The notes beneath the pieces were generated by a model, which did not search any database, was not told where the DNA came from, and saw nothing but the letters and a program-made list of their open reading frames with translations. From assembly GCA_964276515.1 (NCBI GenBank), contig OZ193909.1, positions 17,732,001-17,796,000 on the forward strand: 64,000 nt of DNA, read 5' to 3'. This DNA is from Gordius albopunctatus (lineage: Eukaryota). Position numbers and translations under genes: made by a program. Below, one piece after another: positions 11,401 through 21,552 of the stretch; the stretch's first letter is position 1; every line of letters begins with the position of its first letter.

Positions 11401-13458
11401 TAAGTTTAGCTAGGTTTCACGTTTAATTTAAATCCCAATTTTACAATTCAATACCCGATTTTTCTTCAATTTTCGACACTTTAAATGGAAAAATGCGGCA
11501 AGCTAGATGAAATTAAAATTATTTCTCACCAGTAAGGATCCCAAAAAATAATCGAAATTATTCTATAAACTACGAATATGCACGGAGAATTATTGATTAA
11601 AAATCTCATCACAGTTATTGAATTATATTTTTAAAGAATGGGTTCAAAAATACATCATTTTATTTTTTCGTACTACACGATAATGGCTGTAGAGAAAATT
11701 ACTTTTTTCGATCTTTAGAACGGGCACGGTAGCGGATAATTGATTTAAAGCTTTACGACCCCCCGTAGTTTGAAGTGCCACGGAGAGCTCGATAAATTTC
11801 ACCTAGCAGCGAGCGACCAAAATATAAAGAAATGCAATCATGGCCGAAGCTGGCATTGGGATTAGAGGGGGGGGGCAATAATGATTTAGGGAGGGGCAAA
11901 ATGAATATTTTTCCATTTTTTACCCACAATTTTAGAAATTTTTTTACAAATTTAAGTTTAGATGTGCCCCTTTGGCTAGGGCCATTAATGGAATATTCTT
12001 GGTCATAAAATGGTTTAGATGAGAACATGGTTTAAGGTTATGTTAATAGCCTAAATTTTGATATTTGCTAACTTTAAATCTATAATGACAAACAAAATTT
12101 TGATATAGAAATTCAAGGTTGGTTTATAATCCTGCCAGAGATCACCCTTTAATAAATTCAACAAACTAAAGTATCCATTGTAAAAACAAACTAAATTGGG
12201 GCAGGTGCCCCTATCTAAATTCCCAAAATTTGTTGAAATTTATTAAAATTATGACTAAAATTACAAAAAATGATCATTTTGCCCTCCTTTAATCATCATT
12301 GCCCTCCTCTAATCCCAATACTGGCTTAGCCCATGCTTTGATCTTAATATAGAGTAAATTACCTCATTGTTCTCTGTTGTATTTCCGTTATACAAATCAT
12401 CAATGTCAAAATCATTATAATTTTCTTCGTATATGTCTGCACAAAACAATATAGTTTTATTTTTTGCATTTCCATTTTGATTGCTTTTTTTAATTGCCCC
12501 ATTTGTAGTCTTGAGGTAAAAGGCGGGTGAATCCAATTTTGTTATCCATACATTAAGGGCATCATTGATGTAGGCTGGTAAGAATGCTATAACATTAAAA
12601 AAAATTTTTTATTCATTTAATTTAATTCAATAAATTATTTATTATGAGTAAATGACCTGAAAATATAGCCATTTATAATAATTTGAAGTATTAAATTAAT
12701 ATTTAATACCATCTTCAATCCAACTTAAGGGTGATTCTAAGTAAGCAGAGACCTGGATTAGGTAATAATCATTGTAAATTTCTCCAAAATTAATATTGAT
12801 TCCAGAAAATATTGGCCCTTAAAGATCAAATCAAGATAATATAAATCAAAATACATACAATAATATACTATAATAAAATAAAACTAACTTTCTAGGGGGA
12901 TTTGAATAGAGATAACTTGTAATTCAAGTGGAGTCAAGTTTGAAGTATCTATACATCTAAACCAATGGCTGGCTTGGATATCTTTTTCATTATTATCATC
13001 TGTTTTGTTTAATAATTTTATGACAAAATTACATCTAGATATTTGATCCTTTTCATAATCAGATTTTAAATTCTCCTTAAATAAATTATAGACTCTTATA
13101 TTTAATTTTTAAACCTTAATTGCATGAAGTTCATGGATTTTATCTATAATATCTTCTTTAGAGGTTTCATCAACCTTATCATGCCATATTAATAGCCCTT
13201 GTACTATGATACCTTTAAACAATAAATTCAAGCATTACAAATTTATATTAAAACCTCCAGGAAGCCATGATAAAAATTTTGTTAGTGGACAGCTTATAAC
13301 ATCTAATATAATATTTCTATCCTTAAACCCCAAAAGATAGTGTGGCGTTAGGTTAGGAATAATCTCATTAATATCACTGATTTTCTAAAAAATTTATTTA
13401 TATAAGTTATAAAATCCACTTTTAATGCATTATCCAAAATAAAAATTTTATCACACAT
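5450..13458 (-). CDS. UFSP2: Ufm1-specific protease 2 (peptidase C78) with long N-terminal ODR-4/MPN-like region; 14 exons
   Basis: Phase-consistent GT-AG exons: 13420-13458, 13255-13384, 13115-13212, 12889-13075, 12710-12817, 12363-12586, 10145-10480, 9675-9807, 8588-8764, 7812-8059, 6945-7043, 5850-5952, 5636-5760, 5450-5536. Motifs YAFYHY..DG.NDSGWGCAYRS (catalytic Cys), GDK..SFVGSSQWIGS, GTPIMIGGGALAHTILGV, LILDPHYTG (catalytic Asp/His), YNLCLPQRP. The N-terminus has WLPGGIIVQG. Linkage of the six 5' exons rests on phase compatibility. Confidence 0.93.
6050..6822. mobile_element. hAT-type MITE (CATGGGCGTAGCC family) in a UFSP2 intron, carrying a nested MITE
   Basis: TIRs cataggcgtagcc / ggctacacccatg; perfect 8-bp TSD tactagtt at 6042-6049 and 6823-6830. 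Confidence 0.88.
6080..6684. mobile_element. Nested hAT-type MITE with GGCCCGA subterminal repeats
   Basis: TIRs tacagccctgca / tgcaaggctcta; perfect 8-bp TSD ctgctgac at 6072-6079 and 6685-6692. Confidence 0.88.
8251..8392. mobile_element. Small MITE-like inverted-repeat element
   Basis: Left taatgggcctgcaggctagtgtt matches the reverse complement of right aacactagcctgcagtctacatta; internal gtcgac motifs recur near 35270, 35815 and 39050. Confidence 0.6.
8811..9013. mobile_element. hAT-type MITE with 29-bp perfect TIRs
   Basis: TIR tagagttgttaaattgctaactttcttca and its exact reverse complement; 8-bp TSD gtaaccac at 8803-8810 and 9014-9021. Confidence 0.9.
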
Positions 13459-15544
13459 ATGATCCAATGAGTGCAATCTTATCGTCTAAATAATAGTTCA
13501 AATAATTTAAACCGAGCACTTGATAAGGTAAAATAGATTAGATCACATCTATATACCCTATTTCAATTGTATCTACATATCATTGCTCAAAGTGGTATCC
13601 TCGTGCTTTTAAATAAACCCTCAAATAATTTAAGCGAATCTTGCCTTTAATTTTTTCATTAACCACTATAATCATAAAATAGTAAATATAGATACATCTA
13701 TTTACTCTGTGTGATTCACATTTGGGGCGTTAAATGTAAATTAATATAATTGTAATGCATTATACATTCCAAAAATTACAAGCCAAAGTATAGTAAATGC
13801 ATATTCAGGTAATTTTAGCTTATTTAATCAGATTATGACCCTTAGGATGTGAATAATATCCTAATATTTTTATTGCAAGTTTATATTCTAAGCAATTGTA
13901 TACGATATAATATTAAATACTTAGAATGTTATAGTAGTTACTAAAAAGAATAATTGTATAGATTTGGCCAAAATGGCCAAAGATTTTTTGAGCACCCCCA
14001 CTATTTCTGCCGAACGATTATTGAGCATCTTTCACTATTTTAAAATACCGTAAGAAATCGTTATTTATTTTGATTTTGTTAGGAGTTGTGTTTTAACAAG
14101 CGCGCCGGGGAGCCTGCAGAAGGGTCTGTTAGAGTGATGTTATGGTGATAAAATAGCCATATAATATTTGTTAGTCTCCTTTCATTGAAGACTTTCAATG
14201 AAAGTGTGGTGCAAACCAAATACTAGTTGATTATTTATTGAGACTCGGATGCGTCATTAGATATATGCTTTCGGGGTCAGCCATTTGTTTGTGAGCAACA
14301 CGCCGGGTGCTTAGTACAGTCATTTAAAAAAGCTTCACAGGTGTAAGAAATTACAACACATGTGGCGGTACTATATGATCAAGGTTTGCTCAAGTGTAAT
14401 TTTATCGAAGAATGGGACAATAGGGGAAGGATCATTATAAGGGGTATTACCTAGAAACGCGTTTCTGTATAGCCTTCTTGATGGTGATGGTACTAAATTG
14501 TTTACTCCTTTAAACAGCGTAGAAGTAATAAGGCATACTTGATAACAGGCAAAAATTATGCTTAAACTCATAGTACAGGTCTGAAATTCTTAAACCATAA
14601 ATTAAACATTTGTGTTGCCATTAATATTACCTTTCTCATAAAAAATTTAAGGTTGGCTGGTGCATTCAAATCCACTGTATTATATGGCAAATTTGAATAC
14701 AAATACAAGAGCATAAGCATCAATAGCAAACAATTTTTTTATGGCAAAATTAATTAAAAATAGAACATTTAGTTTTTGCATCATATCGCTACCTGCCAAA
14801 TGGAGTGATATATCTGCACGAAACTCCGAACTTAGATAATGTGTTCAAATTGTGAAATGCTAAAGATCTATACTAATTATTCATATGACTTGAAATTAAG
14901 TTTGGTACTGTTAACTAGTGACACCATAATATTTTAGCTAGAAAGTGAATTTTTTATTTTATTTTTATATTAAAATGAACTTTTTGAATTTCAGATAGAG
15001 CAAAGCTCTAATTTTTTGCATTTTTTTGGCTACTTTGGTCTATCGGCATTTTTAACCGTAAAGATAAATTCATGACTTATAAATATAATAATAAGATAAA
15101 TATAAGATTATTCAGCTAGTTATTTATTATAGTTACTATATTGGGCCTATAACTTAAATCTATTTAATATTATAAGCAAAGGAAAATTGGGACTGTGTAC
15201 CCAGTTATATTTATTGAAACTAAAACTATTATATTTTAAAAAATCTTTGAGAGAATAAATGTATTTAATTAAATTCTAAAAACTATCATAATTATAAAAA
15301 TTTACTAAATTATATAAATAAATACTATTATTAAAAGTTATTAAATAATGTAAATGAAAATAATATCAAACAGAAGTACAATGAATCATATTTATTTTTA
15401 AAACAAATAGCTCGTGGGAAGTCCAAGTGTTTATGATTAATTTATATAATCTTTAATATTCTCTTTGAAATTTTTACCTTTTCCTATAACAAAGGTTTTT
15501 TTAAGATAGGGATATATATAGCCAAATTAGCCTATAAATTAAAT

Positions 15545-15562
15545 TGCCTCTAGATGGCGCTA
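15545..15562 (+). promoter_or_regulatory. CTCF-like core motif
   Basis: TGCCTCTAGATGGCGCTA closely matches the bilaterian CTCF core CCASYAGRKGGCRS in an otherwise very AT-rich intergenic tract. Motif match only. Confidence 0.35.
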
Positions 15563-16766
15563 ATTAGAGTAAGCTTTTAAGTTAATTGCGGCACTCCTAT
15601 ATGGGATTTAGGACATTCCTTTATGGGGCTATTATTATCTTCTTTAAAATAAAAGTATTTGTTGTAAAATACGTAGCATTCAATAAAACGATAAAACTTA
15701 TAAGTTACTATTCGATGACTATTATTAAGTTTATCAAACCTTTGTATTAGGTGAAAATTACTTTTGTTAAATATCGTATTCGTAAGATGGAGAATACGAT
15801 TTAAAATATAAAAGTTTGAAGGAATAGGGATATTACTAATTTTTCTAAACCCTAAATGTCTGTTTCATTCAATTTATTATTTGTAAAACCAAGAAGAAAA
15901 ATTATAATAATGAATCGAATCGCGTTATCAAATTCAATGACGCGTGCAATAATAATATATGGGGGAGAAATAACAAATACGTATAAGCGCGTCGGGGGGG
16001 GGGATAACATACGCGTACTAGAAATTAAATGTAAAGGAAAAGTACAGCCTTTGAAGTAGGTGGGTTCAGTACTATGTATATAATCAGTACACAGATGTTA
16101 CAGTCAACGAACTTTGTGTTAGGGGGCATGGGGGGAAGAAAAAGTAACACACGCACCACGTACTGAAATTAATTAGAAAGTGAGAGACGTTTAGTGGCGG
16201 CGTCCCTTTGTATAAAATAATATGGGAAGAGGGGTGGGGAAATATACTCGTATCAAGGGATACGATATTAATATTATAAAAAGCCATTTCTATCGTAAAC
16301 ATTCAATAATTTTTAAAAAAATATTCTTATCTTTTTTTATAAAGAGAGCCCGATTTACGACGGGTGGTAACCGCGAATCAAATAAGAATAACTCTAATTT
16401 ATAGCCCATCTAGGACACGTTTTAAATTAGAGACTAATTTATAAATTATTCCTATCTCTTTTCGAATGTGACTTGAAAATAAAAACAGACATATAACGTT
16501 TTCGCTCATTTTTGGAGCTCATAAGTATGCCATAGTTAGTTTTCTAGTCACATAGTAATCGAGATAGGTATATATAAGGCTAAATGGGCCTAGATCATGT
16601 AATGATTGTGTATTTGTATGATATACGTTTTATTATAATACGTTTAAGTTCGATATACCTTGTGTATATATATATATGTTTTTTGTTACATGTGATCTAA
16701 TTTAGAATAATAAAACTTACCATTTTGAGAGACCTAGATATACGATAATATCTAAATATATTTCAG

Positions 16767-16924
16767 ATCACATGCTCCGTATGAAGCAAAATCTAGAATG
16801 GGTATCCACCGACTGCAACCCGGCCGACGTACCTTCCCGGGAGAACTTCTTCGACGAAGCCCAACTGGGAAGGATAGTTTTTTGGTCACGCTCGAACCTT
16901 TCACACACCCAGAACAACAACTAA
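16767..16924 (+). mobile_element. DIRS/Ngaro-type RNase H C-terminal fragment
   Basis: Translates ...NLEWVSTDCNPADVPSR..., matching the xWVPSxxNPADxPSR motif of tyrosine-recombinase retrotransposon RNase H. Confidence 0.6.
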
Positions 16925-18979
16925 TTTGCTGAACGATAAACACCGTGAAAGATCCTAAGAATTACACTATATCTCACGACATGTTTTTTACCACTTTTAT
17001 CGTTTCTCTCGCGTACTACTTAACCCTTGACGCTCGTTAGTGTGAAAATTTCTCGCTTATTACTCATAATGATATGTCTTTTTGTAATGTATGGATACTT
17101 ATAAAATAAAACAAGAGATAGGGTGATATCCCGAATGGGACTCTCCCTTTTTGTCAATGCCAATTAAACGTTCACGTAGTCAAATATGTGACAAATAAGT
17201 TAACTTATAATTGAATGTGTCAATCTATATTTGGTAGACACGATGGATTTAATAAAAAATATAATAATTTTTTTAATCGCTAGTTTTATAGGAACTATTA
17301 TTTTTATTAATTGGTAACAACCTTTATACAAGCGATATTTAGACATGTATTCAGATTTTGTTATAAAATGTTTTAAATAAGAAAATGTTTGGCATTCAGA
17401 TTATTTATTTTTTATACGGAATAATTTATATAAATCAGGCGGGGGGGAAAATTGATATTATTTTTTTAAACAATTTGAAAGTCGAGACATGTCGTGATTT
17501 TCGTCAAAACGGGAGGAGATCAAAATTTCTAGACCTAGATAAGACGAGTTCGCGATTCTCTTAATCCTACCCAAGAAGAGACGAAATTTTAATTTCGAGA
17601 CGGAGATGATATCAAAAAACTACTTATCAAGACGACAGAAGAAGCCATAGTAGCTATAGCCTCTCTTCCCTGTCTCAGGTTTAAGTAGTTAATTTCGTGA
17701 CATGCAAACACTGAATTAAAGACGGAATTTAATGCTATTAATTAGACCGAGTTCTTGAATATAAAATCTCGTCTCGGGTTTCCGCACCGACACTTTGTAA
17801 AATTAATATTTTTTGCGCTAGGAAGCTTAGGGGTAGATCTACTTGTAATAGCTGTTTAAGAAAATGCTTGTAAGTGGTGTGATGCCTGATGTGTCGAGGG
17901 AAAGCTAGAGAGTAGATATTTTTTTCGTAGTATACTATACTCTAAATACAGCTCTTAATTATGTATTTAGAGTAAAAATAAAATAAAAATCATGGAGCTG
18001 ACTTAAATATGTGTGAATCGTCAAAAATGTAGGTGCATGTCCTTATCTTTCAATATTTAGATTGTAAAAGGATAATAAGCGTAAGATTTCCAGGGCCACA
18101 TATACTGCGCGGATCATCAGAGATTCAATACGAACACCAATTCAAATTATTGAAAATTATATTATAGTCATGAGTGTTTCAAACTTTTTTTCAGAATTAT
18201 GATAATGAACATGGTCAACCTTTTTATTATAGTTGATTTTAGTTATATTAGATGTGGGTCTGGTTTGGGATCCATAATTTGAATTTAAATAGAGTAGGGT
18301 TCAGGTTCGGATCAATAAAATAATTTGTTTGGGTTAAAGTTGAAAAAATCAAGTTAGAAGGACTCTGCGTAACACACGCTAAACTAAATTCATCAGAGAT
18401 TTTCATGTTACAATATGTTTGTGCATATTAATGCTTTAACGGCTCTCTAGCATATGACATGAGGTTAAAAAGGGCTGAACTGCTGATAATGAGAATATTA
18501 TTAGGGCTTTATCGCAAACATATTTGTAGATCGAGATGAATTTATATGGCTCTGCCATTAACAATTATAATTAAAATACAATGAAATGACACGGTTTTAA
18601 GCATATCGGATACGACTAACTTGTAATATAAATAGGATCGCAAAAAGGCCGTTTAGGCTAGAATCTAGTTAGGGCTAAAATTGAAAATAAAAATTCAGGT
18701 TAGTGACTTTGCAAGTGCCTATTTTTGATAATAAGTCGCCCGAATAATGAAGACTAAATAAGTTTATTGTACAATGTTGCGCTTAGCATATTTCTCGATC
18801 TAAAGTCTTATTTTTTTAGGAGAGGGGCGTAGGTCATAATTTTGCTGAAATCTTATAGATAATTTTTGGCTCAGGTCGGGTTCCAGTTGAGATTTAAAAG
18901 ATAATATTTAGGTCGATTCGAGTTAAATGTGAATCTAATTTTCGATTGGTTGGAAAAAATTATTTCAATATTTAAACTG

Positions 18980-21042
18980 ATTGGTTTCAAGTCCGTGTGC
19001 AAAAGGTGGTAAGCGGCAGGTCGGAAACCGACTATAAAAACCAACTCCTAACTCAGGATAGTTTCAAACAAAACTCTACAACGGAAAGCTAGGGTGTTCT
19101 CCACGAACGACACACTGCATACCCTGCCCGTGCAATGTGAAAAATTGACTAGGTTTACTGCCAACGAAGGCGGTTTAGGAAATTAGTTGTGGAAAAAGTG
19201 CGAATAACGTGCTAGAATGTGGGAACGTTGACGGGAAAAAGCTTCAACATCGCCTGCCAACAAGAGACGAGTCAGAACGGAACCAAATCTCAGGAGTTAG
19301 GAAAAGGATACAAAGTATTCTTCAGTGGATTGCCAAATCGTAGAAACGGGGTCGTTACCATTCTATGAGAATCGTTCAACGAATAAATGATAGAAGTCAA
19401 GCATTTTTCTGGCAGGTTAATAATCGTTATGTGCGCGTATGCTCCCCAAATTGGGTATATGGAATCAGAGAAAGTTATATTCCTCGATTCATTTGAAAAG
19501 GAAAAAGGAATTGGACAGAAAAAAAGTCTAACTGTTGGGGCGGATTTCAACGCTGACGTAGGGAAAGGTCGCCTCAGGTAAGAACGAAATTATATCGGCT
19601 AAGGGTATGATCTTAAGAACAAAGATGGAGGAAAACCTCCAAGCCTTTCGAGCATACGATATGGCAATCGTTAACATCTATTTTCATAAACGCGAAAATC
19701 ATGTTGTGACTTATAGAAGTAGGAAGTATTTTAGTAAAATGGACTATCTGCTCATGCGGGGAAAGGACTTATGGAGCTAGGATTGCAAAGTAATACCGGA
19801 AGAATAAACCGCCAGGCAACATCGTCCATTTGTGATGGATTTTGAATAAAAGGTTTCGGGTTCTAGGACAGACCAAAGGAGCCAAAGCTATGAATAGGGA
19901 ACTATGAAGGTGGGATCAATCGTTTATGGATTTCATCAAAAAATAAAAATCTATATAGACGGTGGCATAAATCAAATATTTTCGAGGATTATCAGGAGCA
20001 TAGGGAGGCAAAAGAGCCGCAAAAAAGGCCGTTGCAATAGCAAAAAATGCCGCATACACTGAGATGGCAAACAAACCGGACCATAAAGTGGGCGACAGGC
20101 TTATGTACAAATGGCCAAGATAATAAAGAAATGTCGCGATGTCGGAGCCTTTAAACTAGTCAAAAACGAGATGGGTCAAACCTTATTTAAACCGAAGGAG
20201 GTGATGGAAAAAATATTTAAAGGAAGTTATGAATTTTGCAAATGACAAAAAATCTCTTTCCGATATTGAACCAAACATAAGTATGGTGGAATTCTTAGGA
20301 GGATGAACGGACACAAATGAACAAGACGCAAAAAGGAAAAGCGAATAGTTCAGATGGAATGCCTATGGAAGCATTGCTCGAATGCCGTGAGGAACGTCTT
20401 TAACAAGATACTTCTAGAAGAGCGAATTTATAATTAATGGAGAGCAAGCAGTATTTTATCCTTATTTAAAGGCAAAGAGGACCCTCAGGATTGTGGTAAT
20501 TACAGAGATATCAAGCTAACTTGCCACTCCTTGAAGCTTATGGGATGTATCTCAGTAACAAGGCTGATAAACAAGGTGGAAATCTCGGGTAACCAATTCG
20601 GATTTGTGGTTGGCAAATCTACAATCGACCCAATCTTCGCACTTAGGCAATTGATGGATAAATATAACGAAAAGAGAAGAGGCCTACATATGATCGACTT
20701 GGAAAAATTTTATGACACGGTCCCTTGCAATTTAATATTGTAGTGCTTGAGAATACAAAATATCCCTGACGCATATAGTCTTATGAAAATTATTTTGACG
20801 AAAATCCGCTGCGGTGGCATGGCATATACTAAGATGGGTGACGAATGATGTAAATCGAAAAGTACTAGACATGTAGGTACAGAAGAGAGAAAAAGGAGGA
20901 CTTCTTGACGCGTGGAAAGGACAAGTACAAAGTTATAAAATTCTAAGAAAATTAATGACATGCCACTTAGCCTACCAAGATGGAAGAAACTCATCAAAAC
21001 AAACTCCACGACCGTGGGACAAAATACTTGATAAAGAAGATG
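18980..21042 (+). mobile_element. Decayed RTE-clade LINE (AP endonuclease + RT) with internal deletions
   Basis: Fragments NVGTLTGKS, CAYAPQIG, GADFNADVG, YRDIKLTCHSLKL, NQFGFVVGKSTIDPIFALRQLMDKY, IDLEKFYDTVP; 3' end RWKKLIKT followed by an aagaagatgat tail; many stops and frameshifts. Confidence 0.9.
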
Positions 21043-21552
21043 ATAGGAAACGTTGTATAAATATAATTAATTAAGGCCATGATCATGATTGGAATCAATT
21101 TTATTAATAAACATTATAAAAGCATAACTGACGACAAATATAATTAATTAACATTTAACCGAAAGGGATTGCATTAATCCGTGTATGGAAATAGTGTTTA
21201 ATCTAATTTATCCCATTATAGAAATAAAGTAGAAGCTTAAGCGCATGGCTACAGAGTTTTGTTCCTTTTCTTATTCTATTTTGTTGCCAAATAGGTTATA
21301 ATTTAGACTCAAACTATTGACCCAATGTTTTCATTATATAAGATAAAGTAGACAAAGATATGTACCAAATATGATACACTTGATCTTGTTTTACACATAG
21401 TTTAGGAACTTTAGCATTGTTTTGATCTGGTCTCATGTTAAAAGCGAAATCTAGTTTCTCCGTCGTTTGATGTCAAATGAATGAGCTAAATATAAATTAG
21501 CTGTAAAGCGCGAGTTTTAAATAAAATAGCATTAATCATTGCATGTGTTTAC

